Shown: positions 19,830-29,726, numbered from the stretch's first letter. The stretch is 64,000 nucleotides of DNA from Candidatus Woesearchaeota archaeon (GCA_046704725.1 JBJKRI010000006.1:1-64000), one strand, 5' to 3'. Numbers and translations: made by a program. Notes: generated by a model from the sequence alone, not told the origin.

Positions 19830-21071
19830 TTACTCATAGCGCAAGGCGTCCACAGGCTTGAGGCGCGAGGCGCGGTACGCCGGGACGACGCCCGCCATCA
19901 TGCCGAGCGCGACCGAGAGCAGCAACGAGCCGATCAGCAATGACGGGGGGAGCACGGTCGTAAGATGCCCTCCAGGACCTATCCGCAAGCCAATGAGATT
20001 GGGCAAGGCGTAGCTGATGAGCGCCCCGAACAGTACGCCGATCACCCCGCCGACCAAGCCGACGAGTCCGGCGTTGAGGAGGAATATGGAGAGGATATCC
20101 CTGTTGCGCGCGCCGATCGCCTTGAGGATGCCGATCTCCTTGGTCTTCTCCAATACGGAAGTGAACATCGTGTTCGTGATACCGACCGCGCCGACGAGAA
20201 GCGACACGGCAGCGATCGCGGCGAGGAAGATCGTGAACGTGTCGGTCACGCTCGAGACGCGCTGCTGGATGGCCTGCGGCGTGGAGACGGTGAAGTCGCG
20301 CGTGCGGTTCGTCTCGTGGCGACTGATCTGCAATCGCGTGGTGATATCATTAGCGACCTGGGTGGCGAGAGAAGCGTCGCGCACCTTGACGATGAGCGAA
20401 TCATACGAATCCTTCCCCACACCGGTCAACGTCTGCTGCGCGGTCTTGACGGGCATGTAGATCGTGCTGTCATCACGGCCGCCCGCCGATTGCAGGACGC
20501 CGACGACCTTGAACGCGTGCCCTTCGATGGAGATCATGCGATTGACCGCGATGGGCTGCTTGAAGACGCTGTCCGCGACCGAGCTGCCCAAGACGACGAC
20601 GTTCGTGTCGCCGGGATTGAGATAACGCCCGGAAGCGAGGCTCGTCGACACCATGTTCTGCCAAGCGAGCGGGTCGACCCCGTCGACAGAGAGCTGCGCG
20701 GACTGCGCGAGATACGTGACCGTCGCGCGCCCGGAGACGGTCGGGTCCACGAAGAGCACGCCATCCACCGTGCTCACGATGCGCACGTCCTGGTCGGTGA
20801 GGTTCTTGGACGTGGCAGCGGTGGTCGTCGTGCCGAAGTCGCGACCGCCGCCGAAGAACGATGCGCGCGACGCGCCGGCGCTCACGGTCACCTGGTCGGC
20901 TCCGAGACCGCCGAGGCGCTGCTGGATGTTCGTCTGCGCGCCCGCGCCGATGCTCACGATAGCCACGATCGCCGCGACGCCGATGACGATACCCAGTATC
21001 GTCAGGTAGCTGCGCAGACGCGCGTGCACCAGGATGTTCCAGGCGAGCCGGAACGCCTTCTGCCATCTCAT
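19830..21071 (-). CDS. MacB/FtsX-type ABC permease
   Basis: RSYLTILGIVIGV, GITNTMFTSVLEKTKEIGILKAIGA, PAYRASRLKPVDALRYE. Confidence 0.95.
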   Translation of the reverse strand: MRWQKAFRLAWNILVHARLRSYLTILGIVIGVAAIVAIVSIGAGAQTNIQQRLGGLGADQVTVSAGASRASFFGGGRDFGTTTTAATSKNLTDQDVRIVSTVDGVLFVDPTVSGRATVTYLAQSAQLSVDGVDPLAWQNMVSTSLASGRYLNPGDTNVVVLGSSVADSVFKQPIAVNRMISIEGHAFKVVGVLQSAGGRDDSTIYMPVKTAQQTLTGVGKDSYDSLIVKVRDASLATQVANDITTRLQISRHETNRTRDFTVSTPQAIQQRVSSVTDTFTIFLAAIAAVSLLVGAVGITNTMFTSVLEKTKEIGILKAIGARNRDILSIFLLNAGLVGLVGGVIGVLFGALISYALPNLIGLRIGPGGHLTTVLPPSLLIGSLLLSVALGMMAGVVPAYRASRLKPVDALRYE

Positions 21072-22375
21072 CTCTTGCGCGCCTTCCGCCGTCGATACCA
21101 GAAGATACCGCCGCCGATGAGCACGAGCACAACGACGATGAACAATGGGTTCGCGTACAGCGGCGTCGAGGAGCGCGACGAGCGGAAGTTGCCCGCGGTG
21201 CCCGTCCCGGCCGCCGAAGCGAAGGACGACGCAGAGGCCTGGACAGGGATCTGCTTGACGACCGTGCGACGCACGCCCGTCGTGTCCGTGTACTCGATGT
21301 CGACGGTCAAGTCGTGCTGGGTCTGCGCGCTATCGTTCCTCGCGGCAAACGAGCCGCTCCTGTTGAACGCAGCGAAGCGCTGCGCACGATCGGTCGTGTT
21401 GCCTCCCGAGAGGTTCGAGCCGCGCTCGGACAAGGAGAAGGTGACGAGCGTGTAATCCCCCTTGTTGAGGTTGCCGATGATCGACGAGGTGCTCCCCGAA
21501 GTAGTGAATCCGGGTTGCGGGGGAACGCTCACCTTGACCGCATAGGCGGGGTTGTTCCCGGTGTTCGCGACAGACAAGGAGGTCTGGCCGCCGCTGCTCT
21601 CCGAATAGGAGACGTCGAAGTCGGTCTGGCCGCCGATGAGCACGCCCGACGTGGCCGAGAGCACGTTCGTGGTCGCGTTGTTCGTCGACTCGTAGGAAAG
21701 GCTCAAGGAGAGCTTGTCGAGGCCTGCGGGAGCGTTCACATCAGCGACGACATCGTACGAGACGGTGGCGGACTGCCCGACATCGAGGTACTTGATGTAC
21801 TTGGTGCTGTCCGAATGGACGGGGAGCACGTAGCTGTTCGCGTCGCTCCATGAGAACACGAGGTTCTGCAAGGGAGCGTCGCCCACGTTGGTGATCGTGA
21901 AGTTCAATGGCGTGATGACACCGGGCGCCAGCTCTGCCTGGCTGACGGATGATATCTGCGCGAACGCCTTGTTCGTGACCTGGACGCTATAGCTCTGACC
22001 GATCCACGCGCCGCCATTGATGCGGTAGCGCAGTTTCAGGTCATAGGTGCCGTCGACCGCGGTCTTGTCCACAAGGGAGGTCATCTCCAGGTTCACGTAG
22101 TTATTGTAGGTAGAGTAGGGTCCGAGCGTGAAGTTCTGGGTCGCCTGCGAGGCGGGCGTGAAGGGGTAGCTGTTGAGCAGCTGCACCTCGACGTTCTCCG
22201 TGTTCGGCCCCTCGTTGTCGATGCGGAAGCGGAAGTCCGCGCTCGCTCCCGCGCGCACAGGGCTCGGGTCCGAATTAAGCAATGTGATGCCTGTCTGCGG
22301 GTTGGTTCCAGTGTCTGCGTGCACCGCTCCCGCGAGGACCGCGGCGAGCAGCACGAACAATAGTGCGTACTTCAT
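21068..22375 (-). CDS. COG1361 S-layer-domain family protein with C-terminal TM anchor
   Basis: Signal peptide; Ig-like repeats (ITNVG, VANTGNNPA); C-terminal TM followed by RRRKARKR; between ABC genes. Confidence 0.85.
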   Translation of the reverse strand: MKYALLFVLLAAVLAGAVHADTGTNPQTGITLLNSDPSPVRAGASADFRFRIDNEGPNTENVEVQLLNSYPFTPASQATQNFTLGPYSTYNNYVNLEMTSLVDKTAVDGTYDLKLRYRINGGAWIGQSYSVQVTNKAFAQISSVSQAELAPGVITPLNFTITNVGDAPLQNLVFSWSDANSYVLPVHSDSTKYIKYLDVGQSATVSYDVVADVNAPAGLDKLSLSLSYESTNNATTNVLSATSGVLIGGQTDFDVSYSESSGGQTSLSVANTGNNPAYAVKVSVPPQPGFTTSGSTSSIIGNLNKGDYTLVTFSLSERGSNLSGGNTTDRAQRFAAFNRSGSFAARNDSAQTQHDLTVDIEYTDTTGVRRTVVKQIPVQASASSFASAAGTGTAGNFRSSRSSTPLYANPLFIVVVLVLIGGGIFWYRRRKARKR

Positions 22376-23070
22376 TTCCTTCCTCCTTGCACGACCCGTC
22401 CGTCGAGCAGCTCGACGCGCCGGTGGGCGCGACGGGCGATGCGGGGATCGTGCGTTACCATGATTATCGTCTTGTGCTCGTCCTTCCAGAGGCGCTCGAG
22501 CACGTCCATGACCGCGGTTCCGGCGCTCGTGTCGAGATTGCCGGTGGGCTCGTCGGCGAGGATGACCTCAGGATCGTTGGCGAGGCTCCTCGCGATGGCC
22601 ACGCGCTGCTGCTGGCCGCCAGAGAGCTGCGTGGGCAGGTGATGGAGACGGTCGGAGAGATCCACCATCTCGAGGAGCTGCCGGGCGCGCTCGTCCGCCT
22701 TTGCTTGGGGGGCGTCCTGCAGCTCGAGGGGGAGCGTGACGTTCTCCAGGGCGCTGAGCGTGGGGATGAGATTGAATTGCTGGAAGATGAAACCGATGCG
22801 CTGCCCGCGGATCTGCGCCAGCGAGGATTCGGGCAAAGAGGCGATATCCTTGCCGTCGAGATACACCGCGCCGTCGGTCGGCAGGTCGAGACAGCCAACG
22901 AGGTTCATCATCGTGCTCTTGCCCGAGCCGGACGCGCCCGTGATAGCCACGAAATCGCCGGATTCGATGGACAGGTCGACACCACGCAGCGCGGTGACCT
23001 CCACCTCTCCCATACGATAGCGCTTGGAGACCTTGCGCAGCTCTATGATGGGTCGCTTGGCACGTGGCAT
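22372..23070 (-). CDS. ABC ATP-binding protein (LolD/SalX/MacB type)
   Basis: GASGSGKST, LSGGQQQRV, ILADEPTGNLD, VTHD; start 23070 or 23094. Confidence 0.96.
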   Translation of the reverse strand: MPRAKRPIIELRKVSKRYRMGEVEVTALRGVDLSIESGDFVAITGASGSGKSTMMNLVGCLDLPTDGAVYLDGKDIASLPESSLAQIRGQRIGFIFQQFNLIPTLSALENVTLPLELQDAPQAKADERARQLLEMVDLSDRLHHLPTQLSGGQQQRVAIARSLANDPEVILADEPTGNLDTSAGTAVMDVLERLWKDEHKTIIMVTHDPRIARRAHRRVELLDGRVVQGGRK

Positions 23071-23168
23071 GGTTTTCCCCGAACGTTTTGCCATTCTTAA
23101 GGCGGGTGGACGGATAGTGCACTCCCGCTCCATCCATCATTAAATAGGAAGAAGGCTCTCCGCCGAGC

Positions 23169-23819
23169 ATGCCTCTTCCCGAAGCGTGGTTCGTGGTGCC
23201 CGAACTCGTCTTCACCGTCCTGGCGGTCGCGGCGTGCGCGGCCATCTACTGGAAGACGAAACAGAGCTATGACCTGACCCGCCACCGCGGCATCAAGTAC
23301 TTCCGCGACGCGTTCGTCCTGTTCGGCCTGGCGTACGTGACGCGATTCCTGTTCAGCCTCTTGTTCTTGTCGCGGCTCGTGCTCGATGTGATCGTCGCGC
23401 GGCGCGTGGCGTTCATGCTGTCATTGCTGCCGCTCGCGTACTTCAGCACAGCAGCGGCACTGTACCTGGTCTTGAGTCTCGTGTGGCGCAAGCTGCCAGA
23501 GCGCGGCACGGTCTTCGGGCTGCACGCCATCGCGCTTGCGCTGTCGGTGGCGGCGTTCCTGACGCGCTCGCAAGAGCTCTTGATCGCCTTGCAGGCGGTG
23601 CTCATGATCGTGATCGCCGCTTTCGTCCTGATGCGCCGTCCGCGGCGCAAGGGAAGCCCGACGCGCATCCTGTACCTCCTGGTCATCGCGTTGTGGCTGG
23701 TCAACCTGGGAGGCATCACGCGACGGCATGAACTGCCCTGGTGGGTGAACATCGCGTTCCATGCCGCCGCACTGATCACACTGCTCATCATCTATTTGCG
23801 GGTCCGGAAATGGGCGTGA
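23169..23819 (+). CDS. About 7-TM membrane protein, unknown function
   Basis: 216 aa with about seven hydrophobic helices. Confidence 0.75.
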   Translation: MPLPEAWFVVPELVFTVLAVAACAAIYWKTKQSYDLTRHRGIKYFRDAFVLFGLAYVTRFLFSLLFLSRLVLDVIVARRVAFMLSLLPLAYFSTAAALYLVLSLVWRKLPERGTVFGLHAIALALSVAAFLTRSQELLIALQAVLMIVIAAFVLMRRPRRKGSPTRILYLLVIALWLVNLGGITRRHELPWWVNIAFHAAALITLLIIYLRVRKWA

Positions 23820-24088
23820 AGCGACGCGACCGGCTCGAGGTCGTCTACGACATCCTGCGCATCGTGCGCGACCACCACAACAGCATATTGCCCACACCAT
23901 TGCTGCGAAAGAGCAACCTGTCATCGAGCAGCTTCGCCGAATACCATGATGAATTGCTGGAGAAGGATTTCATCAAGGAGGTGCAGGACGAGAAAGGACG
24001 GACGTACATCACATTGACCGACCGCGGATTCCTCTTCCTGGACAAGTACCAGCTCATCCTGCGCTTCATCGACGAGTTCGAACTGTAG
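23810..24088 (+). CDS. Winged-helix transcriptional regulator (COG3432-like)
   Basis: RRDRLEVVYDIL...KSNLS...YITLTDRG. Confidence 0.85.
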   Translation: MGVKRRDRLEVVYDILRIVRDHHNSILPTPLLRKSNLSSSSFAEYHDELLEKDFIKEVQDEKGRTYITLTDRGFLFLDKYQLILRFIDEFEL

Positions 24089-24123
24089 CGAACGCTTATA
24101 ACCTGAATCGCCATGTATAGGGC

Positions 24124-24309
24124 ATGGTCAAACGATGGAAAGAGGAATGGAAAGGCTGCCCCACCGTGAAGGTATCGCTCGCGGGGATCTGGTTCGCGGG
24201 ATGGCTGTTCACGCTCGGTTTTCTCAAGCTCGCGTTCTGGTACGGCGTGCTCGCGATCGTCGTGTGGCCGTACTATCTCGGGAGCTTCTACTCGGGGATC
24301 GTGCACTGA
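24124..24309 (+). CDS. Small membrane protein (61 aa)
   Basis: Hydrophobic WFAGWLFTLG...VWPYYLG; TTATAA upstream. Confidence 0.65.
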   Translation: MVKRWKEEWKGCPTVKVSLAGIWFAGWLFTLGFLKLAFWYGVLAIVVWPYYLGSFYSGIVH

Positions 24310-24368
24310 ACACCCCACTGGACTTGCATGCCGAACAGATTCTAATTCGTGTTCTGCATGAGAACCAT

Positions 24369-25046
24369 ATGCGCATCCATCCACTCAAATTAGGTCATGA
24401 GAGGCTCACGCCCGCGAAAGCCCGAATCATCGCGCACCTCATCGGTGACGGTTGCGCATGCAGATCAGGGAGCGATTACCATATCAAATACGCATCCAAC
24501 GATGAAGCACTTCTTGAGCAGTTCTCGAAAGACATGTGTTTCGCGTACGGATTGCGCACGAAACGATATCTTGAGCGCAGCGGAAAGACAGGAAAGCCCT
24601 TGCCTCTAGTTCATGCGCGTTCCAAACGCGCGTTCCTCGACCTCATGCAATACTCCTCGTTCTATTCACGCGAGTGGATTGTTCCGGCAGACATACAGCA
24701 AGGCAATCCCGAGATACGACGTGCATTCCTGCAGGCGTTCTTCGATGATGAAGGGACTGCATTCCTCGTGAAGGGACGCTTGATGATCCGTGCGTATTCT
24801 ATAAACAAGCCAGGACTGATCGCAGTGCAAAGGATGCTATCCGACTGCAGAATCGAGACCCGTCTACGCTCAGGTTTCGGAATGCGACGGAACGTGTATG
24901 GTATTGAGATCATCGACCAAGAACGGTTCGCGGCAAGAATCGGTTTCTCTTTGAAGCGGAAGCAGGACATCCTCCTTGCAGAACTCTTCTTCATAAGAGA
25001 AGAAAAAGTCCCCCCTCCCAGACTCGAACCGGGGACCCCTCCGTGA
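24369..25046 (+). CDS. Free-standing double-motif LAGLIDADG endonuclease-like protein
   Basis: ARIIAHLIGDG and RAFLQAFFDDEG; terminal IGF...K motif; 3' end overlaps tRNA-Tyr antisense. Confidence 0.85.
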   Translation: MRIHPLKLGHERLTPAKARIIAHLIGDGCACRSGSDYHIKYASNDEALLEQFSKDMCFAYGLRTKRYLERSGKTGKPLPLVHARSKRAFLDLMQYSSFYSREWIVPADIQQGNPEIRRAFLQAFFDDEGTAFLVKGRLMIRAYSINKPGLIAVQRMLSDCRIETRLRSGFGMRRNVYGIEIIDQERFAARIGFSLKRKQDILLAELFFIREEKVPPPRLEPGTPP

Positions 25047-25138
25047 CTGCTGATCGCAGGTCATCCAGACCCGAACGGGTTTGTCTTGCGACGATTCTTT
25101 TCTACAGCGGAGTGCTCTAGCCACTGAGCTAAGGGGGG
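25009..25138 (-). tRNA. tRNA-Tyr(GUA) with canonical 37/38 intron (25045-25101, 57 nt)
   Basis: C1-G72 pair; CTCCG-CTGTAG/A-CGGAG anticodon arm; BHB-like CTGT/GCAG helix with AGA and TCA bulges; spliced length 73 nt. Confidence 0.93.
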
Positions 25139-25163
25139 CTCACACCACGGAGCCCTGCCCCGT

Positions 25164-26099
25164 TTATAAGGGTTTTCCGTCCGCGGCCTTACGCAAGCGG
25201 TCCATGACCGCACCGCCGATACCCCTTTCGGGAACGGCCTCGATGAGCACAAAGGACAACCCAGCGTCGTCGGCAGCGCGCAAGTATGCATACAGGTTGC
25301 GCGCGAGGGATTCGGCATCCTCGAGATGAATCCACTTCTCGCAGTCCACGCGCTCGCGACTGATGACCATCGTTTTCTCGGGAACATCGTCTTGCGTGAT
25401 TCGTTCGAAAACACGCACGGTCGCTTTCGGACTGTAGTGCCTGTACTTCATGCCAGGACTTCTCGGCCGGCCCGCATCTCCTCCCATAGACACCGGTCGA
25501 CCGATCACGCGTGAAAGCTGCTCGGCGGATACTGCGCCCGGACGGAGGATGGTGACATGCGCGACATCGAAGACCGTGCTCTCCACGCCGACACGGCACG
25601 CGTCGCCGTCGATGACGAGCGGAATCTTCCCGTCCAGGTCGGCGAGGACGTGCTGTGCGGTCGTCGGGCTCGGACCTCCCGAACGGTTCGCGCTGGGCGC
25701 GGCGAGCGGGCCGACCCGATCGATCAGCTTCTTGAGAAAATGGTCGTCCGGCATGCGCACACCCACAGTGTCGAGTCCGGTCGTCGCCCGGAGCATCGGC
25801 AATCGCTTCTCGAGCACGAGCGTGAGGGGACCGGGCCAGAACGCGTCCATGAGTTTTTCCGCGTCGGGCGTGACGCGAGCGATGCGCACAGCCATCTCTT
25901 TAGAGGAGACATGCACGATGAGCGGGTTGTCCTGGGCGCGTCCTTTCACCGAGAAGATGCGCTCAACAGCAGCGTCGTCCTCGGCGAGCCCGGCAAGGCC
26001 ATAGACGGTCTCCGTCGCTATAGCGACGACCTCTCCATCAGCGAGCAGTCGTGCCGCGGCATCGAGCGCCTCGGCGGTCTCGGGAATGACGCGGGTCAT
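25164..26099 (-). CDS. sua5: L-threonylcarbamoyladenylate synthase with Sua5 C-terminal domain
   Basis: TETVYGL, KGRAQDNPLIVH, WPGPLT, APSANRSG, SPGMKYRHYSP. Confidence 0.96.
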   Translation of the reverse strand: MTRVIPETAEALDAAARLLADGEVVAIATETVYGLAGLAEDDAAVERIFSVKGRAQDNPLIVHVSSKEMAVRIARVTPDAEKLMDAFWPGPLTLVLEKRLPMLRATTGLDTVGVRMPDDHFLKKLIDRVGPLAAPSANRSGGPSPTTAQHVLADLDGKIPLVIDGDACRVGVESTVFDVAHVTILRPGAVSAEQLSRVIGRPVSMGGDAGRPRSPGMKYRHYSPKATVRVFERITQDDVPEKTMVISRERVDCEKWIHLEDAESLARNLYAYLRAADDAGLSFVLIEAVPERGIGGAVMDRLRKAADGKPL

Positions 26100-26184
26100 A
26101 CGAGATGGAAAAAGCGTCGGCTCATAACGCTTATGGAAGTCGTCGCAGCGAATCCCTTAAAAGGGCGTGTTCCACGGACAGCAC

Positions 26185-27273
26185 ATGTTCATCCGCAAGG
26201 CGCACCTGCGGGCCGACCACGTCCTCGGCCAGCTCGCGCACGAACTGCCCTTCACGCTCATCAATCCCGAGAACGCTGACGCTGTCCGGAAGAAGTTCCT
26301 GCGAAAGCCGTTCGAGCCGGAGTTCGCGTACGCAGAAGCGCCGGACACGCAGCGCATCAGGCAGCGATTGTCCGGGCTGCGCCTGGGACGGACGCGTCCG
26401 GGACGTTTGCTGCGCGCGGAGCGCGACGAGCTCAAGCGCCGTTGCGGTTTCGCGGAGGCGATCGGAACGAAGGATATCGGCAAGTCGTCAACCGCATTGT
26501 ACGGCGAACCGGGCACGGGATTGGTCCGCTCCGCGAAGGGCTTCCTCGACCTTCCCGGTACGCCGGAGGACGTGAAGATCGCTTTCCCGGAAGTGCGCGC
26601 GATCATGAAAGAGGCGTTCGCGCACCTCGGATTCTCCTATTCGATCAAACGATCGAGCATCGTGTCGAGCGCGTACGCGAGCACGGGGACGCGCACGCTC
26701 CAGTTGCGCAGCAAGGAGCGGTTCGGACGCGCCTTCGCGCTGCGCATGACTGTGCACGAGCTTGCGACGCACGCGTTGCGCGCGGAGAACGGCCGGCAGC
26801 AGCCGCTGTCCATCTTCAGCAGGGGGACGCCTGGCTACCTCTCGACGGAGGAGGGCTTGGCGGCGTACAACGAGGAGCGCGCGGGCCTGATGAGCACGGA
26901 CGTGCTGCGCACCTACGCGGGACGCGTGCTCGCCGTCGCGCATGCGAAAAAGCATTCATTGGTGGACACGTACGAGTACCTCCGGCAGTGGTACGGCAAG
27001 GACAAAGCGTTCATCCTCGCGTTGCGCGCCAAGCGCGGGGTCCCCCATGGTTCTGACAAGGGCGGCTGCACCAAGGACCTCGTCTACCTCAAGGGATACC
27101 TCGCCGTCAAGGAGTACGCCGCCGCCGGAGGGGACCTCAACATCCTGCACGCGGCGAAGATCGGTCTTGGCGACCTTCCCGTCTGGGCCGAGAAGCTCGA
27201 GGCGCCGAAGCACTCTCCGCAGCCGCTCATCGAGTGGGCGCGCCAGGAAGCGCTCAAGACGCGAAAGGCTTAA
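26185..27273 (+). CDS. DUF1704/MATCAP-like metallocarboxypeptidase
   Basis: VHELATHALRAENG (HExxxH), TEEGLA, RAKRG, TKDLVYLKG. Confidence 0.85.
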   Translation: MFIRKAHLRADHVLGQLAHELPFTLINPENADAVRKKFLRKPFEPEFAYAEAPDTQRIRQRLSGLRLGRTRPGRLLRAERDELKRRCGFAEAIGTKDIGKSSTALYGEPGTGLVRSAKGFLDLPGTPEDVKIAFPEVRAIMKEAFAHLGFSYSIKRSSIVSSAYASTGTRTLQLRSKERFGRAFALRMTVHELATHALRAENGRQQPLSIFSRGTPGYLSTEEGLAAYNEERAGLMSTDVLRTYAGRVLAVAHAKKHSLVDTYEYLRQWYGKDKAFILALRAKRGVPHGSDKGGCTKDLVYLKGYLAVKEYAAAGGDLNILHAAKIGLGDLPVWAEKLEAPKHSPQPLIEWARQEALKTRKA

Positions 27274-27298
27274 GGAACATCCGCGCATCGCATGGGTC

Positions 27299-27817
27299 AT
27301 GCGGATCGCCATCGCTTCGGACAGCCACGAGAACTACCACCACCTCGAATGGTTCCTGAAGGAATGCGCTGAGAGGAAGATCGACACATGCGTGTTCTTG
27401 GGGGACAGCATCAATCCCGGCTTCACGCGGCAGTTCGCCGAGAGCATGCCGCACCTGTACTGGGTGTGGGGCAACAACGACGGGGACAAGCTCGCCATGG
27501 CGCGCGCACTCTTCGACAACAAGCATCACGTCGCCAAGCAATCCTTCGACGAGCTCGAGCTCGACGGGAAGAGGGTGTTCGCGACGCACTATCCCGTGCT
27601 GGCGAAGAACGCAGCGAAGAGCAGGGATTATGACGCGGCCTTCTACGGCCACGACCACGTCAAGCATGAGGAACGCATCGGAGACACGCTCTTCGTGAAT
27701 CCGGGGGAATTGTCGGGACAGAAGACGGGCATCGTCACGTTCTATGTCTGGGACACGGAGACGAACACGGGTGAGTTCGTGCAGAACACCAAGCCGCAGC
27801 TCACCAGGGACATCTAA
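27299..27817 (+). CDS. Metallophosphoesterase (MJ0936/YfcE family)
   Basis: SDSH, LGD, GNND, TH, GHDH, NPG. Confidence 0.92.
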   Translation: MRIAIASDSHENYHHLEWFLKECAERKIDTCVFLGDSINPGFTRQFAESMPHLYWVWGNNDGDKLAMARALFDNKHHVAKQSFDELELDGKRVFATHYPVLAKNAAKSRDYDAAFYGHDHVKHEERIGDTLFVNPGELSGQKTGIVTFYVWDTETNTGEFVQNTKPQLTRDI

Positions 27818-27868
27818 TTTTATCACCTAATAGTAGTATTTATATAGTGCGTCTCATCCTGATACGAG

Positions 27869-28243
27869 ATGCACATCATTTACACCGGGACAAGGGCTCC
27901 GCTCAGCCTGGATGAACGCCTCTCACGCATATCGGATATCGCACACGGGTTCGGCCATGGAGTGCTGCATCCAAACGAAGGATTCCAGCCGCTTCAGCCG
28001 GATGCCAATGCAATCATCGACGACGAGCCGCGAACAGCGCGGACACGAAGCGCAACAGACAGTGGAGCCGTATTCCCGGCACATTACATCACCGCAGCGT
28101 ACCTCGGGTCCAACGCGACCCTCTTCGCGACCGCCGCGGCTACGCACCTGCTCGCAGCGGCAGCGGGAGCGGATGCCATGATCCATGGTGCATTGTCCGC
28201 CACGCTGGCAAACGCATACCTATACTTCAGGCGCCGCGGCTGA
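27869..28243 (+). CDS. Hypothetical protein with hydrophobic C-terminus
   Basis: Gap-filling ORF; TTTATATA about 25 nt upstream. Confidence 0.5.
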   Translation: MHIIYTGTRAPLSLDERLSRISDIAHGFGHGVLHPNEGFQPLQPDANAIIDDEPRTARTRSATDSGAVFPAHYITAAYLGSNATLFATAAATHLLAAAAGADAMIHGALSATLANAYLYFRRRG

Positions 28244-29675
28244 CGGTCACGTCATTGCTGTGGCTGGTTCTCTCACGGCCCGACGGCAGATCGTACTTCA
28301 CCTTCGCCGACGGCAAGGTGACATCGCCGACAAGCTTCAGACCGGTCTTGGCACGGTACGTGATGATGCGCTCCTCGAAGGGCTCGAGCTGGTCGAGGTC
28401 CCAGCGCAGCAAGGTGCCCTGGCCCTTCTTCTTGACGACCTTGGTCGGCTTGAGCGTGCCCAAGGCATCCTCCTTGATGATGTCGGCCATGCCGCTGATG
28501 CGGTCGATGATGCGCAGGTTGCGCATGGTCTTGGACGAGCGGTTCTTGACGAGCACACGCACGCGCACCTCGGAGACGCCCTCGGAGTGGCTTCCCGTGA
28601 TGCCCGCCTCCTTGCCCACGACGACAGGGCTGCGGAGGATGTAATATCCGATGACAGAGAAGATGGCGAGGATGATGAGCAAGACGAGCAAGCGGTAGTT
28701 CTGCGTGATGGTGATCGTGTCATCCTGCTGCGGGTCGAGAGACTCGTTGATGACAATCGAGTTGATGCCGTCGACGGTGGCGACATGGTAGTTGTGCGAG
28801 GAAGTGATGAACGGGCGCTGCAGGATGCTCGCGGGATAGGTGATATTCACCATCTTGGGGATGTTGCCCTCATCGTGCACCTTGTAGACGGTCGTGTACT
28901 TGAAGAAGCCGCCCGTCTGGTAGCTGCTCTGCTCGATTTGTCCGTAGGGGATGATGGAATACTGCTGGTTCTCCGTCGCGACGGTCTGGTTGCCGACAAG
29001 GAGCTTGACGACCAACGGATGATCTCCCGGCGCCTCGTGCGGATCGAGCGGGATGCGCAACTCGCTCGTGCGGTCGCCATCAGTGCCCACGCCGCCGAGC
29101 TGCGTGGTGAACTCCTTGTGGAACAGGTCGCTGTCGATGATGACGGTGATCGGGTCCTGCTGCGTGTAGACGCGCGCGTTGCGGTTGCGCATATGGATGT
29201 CGAGCACCATTGGCTGGCGCGGATCGACCTGCTGCGCGGCCCCGACGGACAATGCGATGCTCGGGACGTAGACTCCCTGCGTGCGGTTGGGGTTCTGCAG
29301 GTAGATGACGAGATTCACGTTCTTGGAGGTCCCGGTGTTCTGGCTGCGGACGGTGATCGGCACGATGTGCGTGCCCGTGTTGATGAAGCTGCGCGGCTGG
29401 ATCTCGACGCCGTACGTGCCCGTCGCGTTCGGGAGGACCTGCGAGGGGCTCGGATCGATGTAGAGGATGTAGCCGTACTCGCCGGATTCGATCGTGTAGC
29501 GGTCGGGAGCGGTCCCCGTATTGGTCACGTCGAGATGGAACAAGGCGCTGTCGCCCGGCAGGATGCTCTCCTTGATGGTCACGGTCTGTATGGAGAAGTC
29601 TGCGTGCGCGATGCCTGATACTGCCAGTGTCGCCACTAGCAGAACACCTATCCACAGAGCCGCTCTTCCACTCAC
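28227..29675 (-). CDS. Membrane-anchored Ig-like-domain surface protein (COG1470-like)
   Basis: Signal peptide; VTNTG...D Ig motifs; internal TM; C-terminal Ig-like domain. Confidence 0.75.
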   Translation of the reverse strand: MSGRAALWIGVLLVATLAVSGIAHADFSIQTVTIKESILPGDSALFHLDVTNTGTAPDRYTIESGEYGYILYIDPSPSQVLPNATGTYGVEIQPRSFINTGTHIVPITVRSQNTGTSKNVNLVIYLQNPNRTQGVYVPSIALSVGAAQQVDPRQPMVLDIHMRNRNARVYTQQDPITVIIDSDLFHKEFTTQLGGVGTDGDRTSELRIPLDPHEAPGDHPLVVKLLVGNQTVATENQQYSIIPYGQIEQSSYQTGGFFKYTTVYKVHDEGNIPKMVNITYPASILQRPFITSSHNYHVATVDGINSIVINESLDPQQDDTITITQNYRLLVLLIILAIFSVIGYYILRSPVVVGKEAGITGSHSEGVSEVRVRVLVKNRSSKTMRNLRIIDRISGMADIIKEDALGTLKPTKVVKKKGQGTLLRWDLDQLEPFEERIITYRAKTGLKLVGDVTLPSAKVKYDLPSGRERTSHSNDVTVSRGA

Positions 29676-29726
29676 TGCGCGGTGAACGGCCGAGACCGAT
29701 TTAAATACTTTTTCGTTCCCTGCGAA

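Noticed and set aside
24135-25046. LAGLIDADG ORFs as inteins
   Set aside because: No host extein, no C/S start block and no HN terminus in either ORF.
25045-25101. tRNA-Tyr intron as a box C/D guide RNA
   Set aside because: A GGATGA is present but no CTGA box D.
27299-27817. Phosphoesterase as the Mre11 partner of Rad50
   Set aside because: 172 aa with YfcE-type motifs; too short and not adjacent.
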